From NCBI RefSeq assembly GCF_009914755.1, contig NC_060945.1: a stretch of DNA of 64,000 nucleotides; one strand, given 5' to 3'. This document shows positions 49,330-61,030 of the stretch, one piece after another. The position numbers and the translations under genes were made by a program. This stretch comes from the human T2T-CHM13v2.0 reference genome, Homo sapiens. The stretch's first letter is position 1. Each line of letters starts with the position of its first letter. Under the pieces are notes generated by a model. The model had not been told where the DNA came from. It made no database searches and was given only the letters and a program-made list of their open reading frames with translations.

Positions 49330-52300
49330 TAAAAAAAAAGGAAGAAAATAATTATTTTATACCAATAGTATGAAAAAGAGACTGGGAATGACTATATTAA
49401 TAGCAGACAAAATAGACTTAAAAACTTAAAAGAGACAATAAGACATTATATAGTCATAGATTGTCCATTTGGCAGGAAGATAGAAATAGTTTAAACCCAT
49501 ACCTAATAATAAAACATTGAGATATAGAAAGCATAACTTGACAGAATTAAAGGGGCAAAAAGGCAGTTCTAAAATAATAGTTGAAGATGTTAATACTCCA
49601 CTCTGAGTAATGAATAGAAAAATGAGATAGATGATAAATTAGGAAATAGAGTTCTTGAATAACTCAATGAACCAAATTGATCTAACAGATATATACAATA
49701 TACTCCATCCAACAAAAGAGACTACACACACTTCTCAAATGCACATGGGGATTTCCCCACGATGGGCTGTGTAGTAGATCTCAAATTAAATCAATAACAG
49801 AAGAAACGTTAGAAAGTTTACAAAACTGTATAAATTAAACAACATACCCTTAAACAACAAATAAGTAAAGGAAGAAATCACAGAGGAAGTTGGAACATAC
49901 TTACAGAGGAAGAAAAATGAAAACAAAACACATCAAAAGTTAAGGGAAACAGCAAAAAGAGTGCTAAGATGTAAAGTTTGCAGCTAAAATACATTTAAAA
50001 AGAACAAAGATTTCAAATAAATAATAACTTTATCACCTAGTAAATTAGAAAAATAACACCAAATTAGATGCAAAGCAAAGAGAAAGAAGAACATATTAAA
50101 GCTTTTAGCAGAGATAAATGCAATGGAGATTATACAAACCACAGAATTCCAAAAAACCAAAAGTTCATTCTCACTTCTTCAAAAAATTAACAATTGGCAA
50201 ACTTTCAGCTACACACACAAAAAATTAACAGCATATTCACATACTAAAATGAGAAATGAAAGTGGGACATTACTACTAATTCAAAGAATTAAAATGTTTA
50301 AAAAACTGTACTGTGAACTATGATAGGATGATAAATTGGAAAACGTAGATAAAGTGGGCAGATTCCTAGGTATACAAGACTTGATTACAAAGAAATACAA
50401 AATCTGAATAGATACAAAACTACTAAGGAAATGGAATCAGTAATTAAAAGCCTCCTCATAAAGAAAAGCCCTTATTTTGTTGGCTTCACTAGTGATTTAG
50501 ATCAAGCATTTATAGAACAAAAATCCTTTCCAAAGTCTACCAAAAGCCTGAACAGAGCAGTTCCAAACTTATTCCATGAAGCCACCATTAGCTCATACCG
50601 AAGCCAGACAAAGATACTACAAAAACCCATAGACTAATATCCCTTATGAACACGGAGGCAAAACTAGTCAGCAACATCCTAGCTAACTACATTCAGCAGC
50701 ATACTAGCAAGATTACAACCCATGACCAAGGGGAGTTTATTATTGGAATGAAAGGAAGTTTTAGCATATGGGTGGTTTCAGTGCAGTGGTGTTTACAAAT
50801 AATTGATCACAACCAGTATAGATTTCTTTATTCTTTTTCCAGTCTCACTGGTTCACTTAGCTAGCCTTTCTTAACAAAAGTTTAAGCATATGAAAATTAA
50901 TCAATGCATATGCCACATTGACAAACTTTTTAAAAAGTATTCTCTCATTAATACAGATAACGTATTTTACAAAATTCAAAATATTTTATAATAAAAACAA
51001 TAAATTAGGAATAAAAGGAAACCAGCTTTGTAAAATTCACATATAAAAACCCACAGCAAACAACATATTCCAGAGGAAAAGATCAAAAGAGTTTCCTCTA
51101 AGCTCTGAAGACAGAGTGAATATCTGCTCTTGCCAGCCACTTTTATTCAACACTGTATTAGAAGTTTCATTCAGAGAAATTAAAAAAGACAATGAAATAA
51201 ACTGCATCAAAGTGTGTACAGAAAATATATTCTTATATGTAGAAAATCTTTAAGATTCCACACAAAAAATATTACAACTAATAAATTCAGCTGAATAGTA
51301 GCATACAAAATCAACATACAAAAACAAACTGCATTTTATGTAGTAACATGAATAATCTGAGAAGAAAACTCTGAAAACAATTCAATTTACAATAGTATCA
51401 AAAGAATAAAGTAGTTAGGAAGTAACGAAGAAGTAAAATGCCAATTACTCTTGTGTAGATATTAAAAAATCAATTTTTAAGTTTATGGGGAATCTCAAAG
51501 ATCTTTAAATTGCAAAAATAATTTTGAAAAAAATACCAAAGTTAGACAAGTCACACTTAATGATTTCAAGACTTACTACAAAATTCCAAAATAGCATGCT
51601 ACAAAGAGACTAATGGAGTAATATAGAAGGCCCATATAAATAAACCCTCATATATAAGGTCAAATGATTTTTATGGGAAATGAACTGCCTTTACAACAAT
51701 TAGTGCTGGGGAAATTGGGTGCCCACATGTAAAAGAGTGAAGCTGGGCCCTTAACTTCTACTATAAGAAAAAATTAACTAACTGGATCAAAGACCTAAAT
51801 GTAAGAGCTAAAACTACAAAATTCTTACTATAAAATGTAGGTAAAACACGTCATAAGGCTGGATTTGGCAGTGATTTCTTTTAACAGGGCACCAAAAACG
51901 CAAGAAACAAAAGAAAAATAAATAAAGAGGACTCTATCCAGAATATACAAAGAACAATTCAGCAATAATAAACTACTTGTTTAAAATATGGGCAAAATAC
52001 TTAAACAGATATTTCTCTAAAAATTATGTGAAGTGGCTTATAAGCCCATGAAAAGGTACTCAACAAAACCTTTTCATTTTCATTAGTAAAATGAAAATCT
52101 AACCCCAAATGACATATCACTTAATGCACATCAGCATAACTAGTACAAAAAGAAAAAAAAAACAGAAAATCACAAGTGTTGGTGAGGAAGTGGAGCAGTT
52201 AGAACCCTTGTACACTTGGTGGAAATGTAAAATGCTGCAGCTGCTATAAAACAACACCATAGTAACGAAATAATTTACACTCAAAATCACCGTATGATCC

Positions 52301-52990
52301 AGCAATTTCACATCTTGGTATGTTGCAAAAGATGTGAAAGCGAAGACACAAAATAATACACGTACACCTAAGCTCATAGCAGCATGACTCACTTCACTCA
52401 AAAGGTTTTTGAATTACCTGTGTTGTTTGAATTATCATCAATGAATAAATAGATAAAATGTGATTTATACATACAGTGGGATATTATTCAGTTATGAAAA
52501 ATAAGGAAATTCTGACACATGGTACGTCATGCATGAACCTTAAGGACATTGTGCAAAGTGACATGAGCCAGTCATAAAAGGACAAATACTGTATCATTCC
52601 ACTTATGAGATACTTAGAGTAGTTAAATTCTGGAAACCCACGTAGAAGAGTGGTTCCTAGGAGCTGGAGGGGGAGTAACAGGGAGCTGTTATTTAATGTG
52701 TATTGAATTTTGGTTTGGAAGTTGAAAAAAGATCCTTATGAATGGGAATAATAGTTGCAAAACAATGTGAGTGTAGTTAATTTCTCTGAGCTGAACACTT
52801 AAAATAGTTAAGATGGTTAATTTTATGTATACTTTGCCAAAATGTAAAAAATATTTTTTAAATAAACAAACTATAGCTATCTGCAATAGCATGAATTAAT
52901 ATCATAAATATAAAGTTGCCTAGAAGAAAGTAGATGTAAAAGTATACATATTATATAATTTCACTTATATAAAATCCAGAAAGTGAACAC
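49330..52990 (+). mobile_element. Old L1MB-type element (decayed ORF2 and 3'UTR)
   Basis: Degenerate ORF2 ([29 protein letters not shown]) and L1MB-like 3'UTR (aaggacaaatactgtatcattccacttatgag, cacttaaaatagttaagatggttaattttatgtat). Confidence 0.8.
50770..50869 (+). pseudogene. RNY3P: Y3 RNA (RNY3) retropseudogene inserted in L1
   Basis: gggtggtttcagtgcagtggtgtttacaaataattgatcacaaccag...cactggttcacttagctagccttt aligns along the full length of hY3 (GGCTGGTCCGAGTGCAGTGGTGTTTACAACTAATTGATCACAACCAG...). 14-bp TSD aagttttagcatat (50756-50769) / aagtttaagcatat (50878-50891). Confidence 0.9.
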
Positions 52991-53458
52991 AACTGAGGTT
53001 CTGGTTTCCAGTAATAATGAAGTAGACTAGTTCGTTGAATAACTATTTCACAGATAACAATAATAAAGCTTAATAAAATACTATATTTTGCTATATAGAA
53101 AGGCACACTGTTTAGAAGACTGAATGAAGATTTTATCTATGCCACTGTGGAAGAGATAAGGATTGGGGTTTGAATCTATTCAAATTAACTCCCTCTTAAA
53201 ATAATAATTTTCAAAGAAATACAACAGAATCCAGAGTCCCTGTAGTTCCTATCACACAATTTAAAAATTCATGAGATGTGTGAAGAAGCATGAAAGTGTA
53301 ATCGATTCACAAGATAAAAAGCAGACAATAGAACCTATTCTCAAGATGTGCAAGATGCTGTAATCAGTAGATAAGATTTGAAAGAAGCTATGGTAAGTAC
53401 GTTCATGGGGGTAAAAGAAAACAGTCTCATGACAAGTGAACAGAAGCGTAACTGTACA

Positions 53459-53911
53459 TTTCATGCGCGTCCGTGTGAAGAGACCACCAAACAGGCTGTG
53501 TGTGAGCAACATGGCTGTTTATTTCACCTGGGTGCACGCGGGCTGCGTCCGAAAAGAGAGTCAGCGAAGGGAGATAAGGGTGGAGCCGTTTTATAGGATT
53601 TGGGTAGGTAAAGGAAAATTACAGTCAAAGGGGGTTTGTTCTCTGGCGGGCAGGAGTGGGGGTCGCAAGATGCTCAGTGGGGGTGCTTTTTGAGCCAGGA
53701 TGAGCCAGGAAAAGGACTCTCACAAGATAATGTCATCAGTTAAGGCAAGGACCGGCCATTTACACTTCTTTTGTGGTGGAATGTCATCAGTTAAGGTGGG
53801 GCAGGGCATATTCACTTATTTTGTGATTCTTCAGTTACTTCAGGCCATCTGGGCGTATACGTGCAAGTCACGGGGGATGCGATGGCTTGGCTTGGTCTCA
53901 GAGGCCTGACA
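53459..53911 (-). mobile_element. LTR7 (HERV-H) solo LTR, copy 1
   Basis: Minus-strand termini TGTCAGGCCTCTGAG...GGACGCGCATGAAA; flanked by TACA/TACA. Confidence 0.93.
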
Positions 53912-53947
53912 TACACTCCCAGTCTTTTGGTCACAGGGCTGTGGGAC

Positions 53948-54977
53948 TGAGGAGGGAAATTAAAGAAAAATAAAATTAAAAAGAAAGAGAAATAAATTTT
54001 CTTGTATTGGGCTGACTTGTCCCAGAGGCTTCAACAGGCACAGCCCAGAACCAGGAATAGTCTTGATAATATTATCTAATGTGCTCTGGAGGCTCTCCCA
54101 ACGCTCCCCCAACATCGGGAAAAGAAAAACAAATTTCCTTTTTTTACGGAATGAGTTTATAGATTCTTGTTCTCTGTAACTAGTGACTTCAAGTATTCTG
54201 TTTTATCTAAGAAGTACAATGTAAGTCATGAGAAGCCTGAGTAGGCTGAACTACAGCTGTTTGGGCACCATAGTGAGGGTTATAGGATAAGCCCATGCCC
54301 AGGGAAACCTAGAAAATGGACATGTGGTTTGCTTGGCAACGGTCATGTGCAATCCTGTCTGTCCTGCCTCTGTATCCCTGCTTTCACGCCACTGTAAACT
54401 TGCTTCAAGCTAGCCCACCACCTTTTGTGAAATGTGCATAAAAGTCAGGTTCTGTCTTTGTTCCGGGCCCAGTCTTTTTGATGTGAGTTAGCTTGTCCTC
54501 AGTTTCATGCGCGTCCGTGTGAAGAGACCACCAAACAGGCTTCGTGTAAGCAATAAAAGCTTTTAATCACCTGGGTGCAGGCAGGCTGAGTCCGAAAAGA
54601 GAGTCAGCAAACGTAGATAGGGATGGGGCCATTTTATAGGATTTGGGTAGGTAAAGGAAAAAGGGGGATTGTTCTCTGGCGGGCAGGAGTGGGGGGGTCA
54701 CAAGGTACTCAGTTGGGGAGCTTTTGAGCCAGGATGAGCCAGGAGAAGGAATTTCACAAGACAATGTCATCAGTTAAGGCAGGAACAGGCCATTTTCACT
54801 TCTTTTGTGGTGGAATGTCATCAGTTAAAACAAGAACCGGCCATCTGGATGTGTACGTGCAGGTCACAGAAGGTACGATGGCTTAGCTTAGGCTCAGAGG
54901 CCTGACACTGAGTGCACTCAATAAAAATTCTCCTGTTTCAACCCGGGGTCTCTCTCATCCTCCTGAATCCCGCAACG
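53948..54977 (+). mobile_element. ERV1 solo LTR (LTR10-like, tentative), interrupted by LTR7
   Basis: Starts TGAGG; TATA-like cataaaa at ~54437; AATAAA at ~54920; ends cctgaatcccgcaac; TSD-like GGAC/GGAG. Family name is from recall only. Confidence 0.55.
54503..54907 (-). mobile_element. LTR7 (HERV-H) solo LTR, copy 2
   Basis: Same termini as copy 1 but a different U3; 5-bp TSD CTCAG (54498-54502) / CTGAG (54908-54912). Confidence 0.92.
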
Positions 54978-57850
54978 GGAGAATTCCAGCATGCACCAGG
55001 TTCACGGGACAGTGCGCGGTCACTGAAAGAAGAGTGGGGCGGGGAGGGTGGTGTGCGGCTGTGAGCACCTCTTGTGCTTGCTGGGAGATGTAGTCTTATA
55101 AAGACTCCCAGCCCTTTGGTCACAGGGCTGCAGCACCCCAATTCCAGCATACACCGGAATCAGAGACAGTGCGCGCTGGCAGAGGAAGAGGTAGAGCTGT
55201 GCGTGACTCGCTGGGCTTGATGGAAAATGTAATCTCATGAACACTCCTTAATGAACAGTGCGCCTCACTGGAGGAAAAGGCGGGGCTGTGCAGGCCTTGC
55301 TTTGCTTGCTGAGAGATGCTGTCTCATAAACACTCCCAGCCCTTTGGTCACAGGGCTGCAGGACTACATTCCCATCATGCACCGGGATCAGGGATAGTGC
55401 ATGTGCCTGGGTGAAGAGACACAGTTTTGCGAGCCTCCTTTGGCTTCCTGGGAGATGTAGTTTCATAAAGACACCCAGACTTTTCATTACAGGGCAGCCG
55501 GACTACAATCCCAGTATGCACCAAGATCAAGGATAGTGCGCGTAACTGCAGAATGAGGCGGCATTGTGCACGCCTCGCTGGACTTGGTGGGATATGTATT
55601 CTCATAAACATACCCAACCCTTTGGTCATAGGGCGGGAAGACTACAATCCCAGCATGCACCTGGCTAAGAGACAGTGCCTGTCACTGGAGGAAGAGGCGG
55701 AAGACTACAATCCCAGCCAGCACCGGGCTCAGGGAAATTGTGCGTCAGTGGAGGAAGAGGCGGGGTTGTGTGCTACTCGCCAGGCTTGCTGGGAGTTGTA
55801 TTCTCATAAAACCTCCCAGCCCTTTCATCACAGGGCTGAAGGACTACACTTCCAGCCCCAGCATGCACTGGGCTCAGGGACAGCGCGCGTCACTGGAGGA
55901 AGAGGGAGGGCTTTGCGCTTCTATCTGTGATTTTTTGGGAGATGTAGTCTCATTAACGCTCCCAGCCCTTTGGTCACAGAGATCCAGGACTGCAATCCCA
56001 ACATGCACCCAGCTCAGGGATAGTGCGCTAATCACTGCAGGAAGAGGCAGGGCTGTGTGCACCTCCTGGGCGTACTGGGAGATGTATTCTCATAAACACT
56101 CCCATCCCTTTGGTCATAAGGCTGCAGGACTACAATCCTAGCATGCACCCAGCTCAGTGACAGTGCGCTAGTCTAAGGAGAAAGAGGCAGGGCAGTGTGC
56201 GCCTTGCTGGGCTTCCTGGGAGATGTAGTCCCATGGCGTCTCCCTGCCCTATGGTCACAGTGCTATAAGACTACAATCCCAGCATGCACGGGGCTCAGGG
56301 AGAGTCCACATCACTGCAGAAAGAGGGGCAGGTTGTGCGCACCTCGCTGCGTTTGCTGGGAGATGTTGTTTCATAAAGACTCTCAGACCTTTTGTCACAG
56401 GGCTACAGGACTACAATCCCAGGATGCATCGGGATCAAAGCAGTATGCGACACGGGGAAAAGATGCGGAGCTGTGTGCGTCTCCCTAGGTCTTCTGGGAG
56501 ATGTGGTCTCTTGGCCCTTTGGTCACAGGGCTGCAGGACTACAATGCCAGCATGCAGCGGGTTCATGGACAGTGTGTATCACTGGAGGAAGACGTGGAGC
56601 TGTGCGTGCCTCGCTGGGCTTGCAGGGAGATGCAGTCTCATAACTACCCCAGTCGTTTGGTCGCAGGGCTGCAGCAGTACAATTTCAGCATATCTCTGGC
56701 TCAGGGAGAGTGCACTAGTCACTGAAGGAAGAGGTAGGTCTGTGCGCACCTCTCTGGGCTTGCTGGGAGAGGTAGTCTCATAAACACTACCAGCCCTTTC
56801 ATCACATCGCTGTAGGACTACAATTCCAGCATGCACGGGGCGCCGGGGCAGTCCGCCTCACTGGAGGAAGAGAAAGGCGTGTGAGCGCCTTGCTGGGCTT
56901 TCTGGGAGATGTTGTCTCTTTATTTCTCCCAGCCCTTTGGTCACAGGGCTTCAAGACTACAATCCCAGCATGCATCCTGCTCAGGGACAACGCGCGTCAC
57001 TGTAGGAAGAGGTGGACCTGTGCTGTTCTCGCTATGCTTTTTGGGATACGTATTCTCGTAAACACTCCCAGCCCTTTGGTCACTGGGCTGCATCACTACA
57101 ATCCCAGCATACATCGGGATCAGGGAGAGTGCGCTAATCAGTGGAGAAAGGGGCCAGGCTCTGCACACCTCGCTGGTCTTGCTGGGAGATGCAGTCTCAT
57201 AAACACTCCCAGCCCTTTGGTCACTGGGCTGCAGCGCTACAATCCTAGCATGGACCGGGCGCAGGGAATGTGCGCGTCACTGGAGGAAGAGGCAGGGTTG
57301 TGCAAGCCTCTCTGGGCTTGGTGGGAGTTGCAGTCTCATAAACACTCCCAGACCTCTCATCACCGGGCTGCAGGACTACAATCCCAGCATGCACCCGGCT
57401 CAGGGAGAGTGCGCATTACTGGAGGAAAAGTCTAGGCTGTGGATGCCTCCTTCTGCTTGCTGGGAGATGTAGTTTCATAAAGACTCCCAGAACTTGTGTC
57501 ACAGGGCTGCAGGACTACCATCCCATTATGCACTGGGGTTAGGGACACGGCCCGTCAGTGGAGAAAGAGGCGGGGCTGTGTGCGTCTCCTTCGGCTTGCT
57601 GGGAGATGTATTCTTATAAACACTCCCAGCCCTTTGGTCAAAGGGCTACAGGACTACAATCCCAGCATGTGCCAGTCTCGGGGGCGAGGTACAGGCCTGG
57701 AAGAAGGGGCAGAGTGGTACACGCCCCACCTAATATGCTGGGAGCTGTAGTCTGTTAACTGCTCTCAGCCTGTTTGTCGGTAGGCTTCAGAACTATAATC
57801 ACAGCATGTACCGGGACCCGGGGTGCATAGCCCTGGAGGGAGGGGCAGAG
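54978..57850. repeat. ~140-bp GC-rich tandem array, ~20 diverged units (probably ACRO1 satellite)
   Basis: The ACTACAATCCCAGCATGCAC anchor or a variant recurs at 55989, 56129, 56270, 56410, 56538, 56676, 56817, 56956, 57095, 57236, 57375, 57514, 57653 and 57792 (spacing mostly 138-141). The ACRO1 label is from recall; its catalogued unit is ~147 bp. Confidence 0.9.
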
Positions 57851-59749
57851 CGGTGTGGACTTCCCGGTGTCCAAAGCACTGCTGAGTTCTTATGCTATGC
57901 CGACTCTTTGCCAAGGAGAATGAGTACATAGGTGGACCTAGAGGACAGGTCTGCGCTGAGCATTGAGGAGGGTATTACCCTACATAGGCACCTTACCTTT
58001 GCCCAAATCGGGCGGGTTGTCCTCAACTGATTGGCCCTATCCTTCTCAAGTTCCTCTTTCAGCTGCACCCAGGGTTCTTTCCAGAGCATTGCGCCTTCTG
58101 CAGCCCAGGGCGCTGCCTTCTTTCCTAAACTGCTGTGGAAACTGTCCTGATGTCTGAGACACTGTCCATTGTGCCGCAGCCCTCTTTTTTCTCTAGCCAA
58201 GCCTCATGCTCAACAGCTTTTGAGAGAAATCTTCCACGTGGCCTGCTTATGAACAGCTTCAGAATTCTGTAGGGGGTGACAAGGTCTGTGGCTTCCTGGA
58301 AATGTCACTCTCAATGGCGCCTTTTTCACGAATGTGAAAGTTGAGGCATCAGGAAGGTTAATTATTGGGTTGCACAAAATCTGCTAAGAGCAAAGGAGAA
58401 AACCTCATTTCCGAGGCATGAGTCTTGTGAGCCATTTTCATCAACCCATTTAAGTGGACAAGCTCCAAAATGAAACCTGAAGCTGCTGACTATTTAGGCA
58501 TTTTACACTTGAAATCATCGGTCTCATCTCAAGTCACTCCTGACTTGCCAGTGTCTCAGAAACACAAATGGGACCGGATCCCTCAGGAGCAGATAGTGTT
58601 CCAGCTTTGTTGGAGCGACATTTAAGATGTGGAGCACTTGGGGTCGTTTGAAACCCGCTATCTTCAGTAGGGACTTTTACTTCTAGAGAACATGTGCATT
58701 TTGATTTTATCTGTCCTCAAACTGAACTTTTGCTCATTTTAATAGTAAAAACACATTCCTAGGTGGAGACTTAAGATGCTAATGAGACATGCAATGTATG
58801 CACAAATATGTACAGTTAGTGCACATGTGCACCCAGAAGACCACTCAAAACATGCTTACACTAACACTTCTTTCCACCTTCTTATGAATAATCGTGCAAA
58901 ACCCCCAGAAGGAGGGTTTCTCCAGTAACAATTAATGGTGTCTCACTCTTATGAGCAGCCTGCCCTGGAATCTCTTTCTCAGAATGTACCGTCTATTCTG
59001 CACTTAATTTTCAAAGTAGTCTTTTCTTTTTTTGTGTGCAATAAATTACTCTATGCTGTACTTCTTTTGCTGTGTGTTTCTTGTTTGAATTCTTTTAAAC
59101 TAAGAAAATAAGAATCAAGGTATTACATCAGCCATCAACATTTCTTTTGCCATGGCCTGGAGAGAGGTCTGTCCGCTTCACTGATTTCACTTTCCCTTTA
59201 CTTGCCGTGAATACTGTGGCACTTCCAGACTACCTGGTTAACTATCGCTGGTTCTTCCAGCACTGTTTCACTAAAGATCTGGGGAAACCCTGTCCCTTTA
59301 GGCTTTATGCATTTCCCAGCTCCTTGAAATTGTTCTTCAACAGGCTTTCTTTGCTGAACAAAAGATGCACAGTCATGGATATGCCCAGTCATAGGGATTG
59401 AATCTGAGCATTGCAGGTGTTATAATTGGGCATCATAAATGGCAAACCACTGAATTAGGGAAAGGCTTGTCAGCCAGACATCTGCTCCCCAGCGAGCAGT
59501 GGGGGTCATCTCGGCAGGGCTGGAGATGTCCAGCGCTGGTGAGAGCTAGGACGGTGCATGGCAAATGCCTATGACCTCCTAGAGCTTCAGTTAATGGGGT
59601 TTCAAGGGGATGAGTTGGACAACTTGGTGGTTCCACTTGGCTCATGGGGCTGCCCACAGCCTCCTGGACTTTAGTACATGTTCTGTCGTTTGCAGGATTC
59701 TCTCGGCACCATGGGAATCACTTCCTCTACTGTCACTGAAACACACCTG

Positions 59750-60450
59750 GGATGTATATTTAAAAATTGAAACAGCTTTTGGCTAAATGAAGCAAAAAAA
59801 CAATTATCTTCTTTTGTAAAACTATTTAGCCTGCATACAGATTAGCTGACAAAACATGGCTGGAGAATGAGACTGTGAAATTTAACACCATCATACAGCT
59901 AGATCTTTTCTGTAGTAATCAGGGAAAATGGTCTGAAGTATCCTATGTGCAAGACTTTCTGGCCCGACAACAAAACCCAGCTCCATGCAGCACCTGTGGG
60001 CTAAAGCCTAGTAAGCCACAAAGCCCCTCAGATCCATTAGAAGATCATTTGTTTTATGGGCAAGTGACCCCAGACCCCACAGCCTAATACCAGCTCCAGA
60101 TAGGGGCCCTCAGAGGCCTACACCTGCTTTAGAATCCCCAGCGTCCCCACACTATCAGAGTCTTCTGTAGAATCTAAGCTTGTTTCATCTCCTCCTTATG
60201 CTCCTCTATCAGCCTTTGCCAGTTACAATAGAGACCAGTCCAGCTGCAGTTACTCACAGTGGAGCTTCACACCATGCAGGGCCAGAGAATTTGATCCGCT
60301 TACAGAAAGTCTCAAATGGAGAGAGGACCATCAGAGTGCTTCTTCTCTTCCCAGTAAATGATCTAATCCAATGTAAGCAACAGCTCTGATGGCTCTCAGA
60401 CAACTTCAGTGCGTTTACTGAAGCCTTCCAGGCTGTAACTTTGACCACCA
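59750..60450 (+). pseudogene. ERV gag remnant
   Basis: FNTIIQLDLFCSNQGKWSEVSYVQDF resembles the class I ERV Gag matrix motif NTILQLDLFC...GKWSEVPYVQAF; disrupted. Confidence 0.75.
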
Positions 60451-60613
60451 TTCAACTTCACCATCCATAAATGGACCCAATGACTGCTGCCAACTCAGCT
60501 GCACAAAACTTTTTCTTATTTGCGAAAAATAGAAAAGACTTAAAACTTTTGCTGCTTTCACCATTTTAAAGCAGAATACTTTTGCAGCACAAATGTCACC
60601 ATAAGGTGGAGCC

Positions 60614-61030
60614 TTGGGAATCCAGTATAAACTATCTCAGAAAATCTCAGTGTGTCCCCAACAGGCAGCAGAGGGCCTCAATAGACTTCAACAACATCTG
60701 GACTCCATGGCCACTGCATTCCAACAAAATCAAAGAGCCTGGGATCTTCTCCCAGCCAAGCAAAGAGGAACATGTTTATATCTAAAAGAAGAATGCTGTT
60801 TTTTGAGATCAATCATTCTGGTTTATTCCAAGAAAATATTAATAATATCATCACCCAGGCAGACAAAATTGAATCTCTAGGAACTTCCATGGGAACATGA
60901 AAGCGATGTCCATTGCCTGCCTTGCTCTCTTTAATAGTACCCGTCATTATTATATTTTCAACTTCTACTTTTGTTCCAATTTTGTTTAAAATGTTAACTG
61001 ATTTCCTGCTATGTTGCTTGTGGCAGCTCC
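60614..61030 (+). pseudogene. ERV env TM remnant (immunosuppressive domain plus CX6CC)
   Basis: RLQQHLDSMATAFQQNQRAWDLLPAKQRGTCLYLKEECCF matches gamma-type LQNRRALDLL...GGTC...EECCF; a hydrophobic anchor follows out of frame. Confidence 0.85.

Noticed and set aside
53459-54907. The two LTR7s as ends of a single collapsed HERV-H provirus
   Set aside because: Each has its own TSD, their U3 regions differ, and the interval contains no HERV-H internal sequence.
54978-57850. CRISPR array, or a repetitive protein gene (many overlapping ORFs)
   Set aside because: The whole unit repeats with no unique spacers, there are no cas genes and the DNA is human. The ORFs are frame-inconsistent by-products of a GC-rich repeat.
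60614-60880. Syncytin-like domesticated env gene
   Set aside because: Only a short TM fragment with a degenerate immunosuppressive domain; no SU or signal peptide, and the anchor is out of frame.
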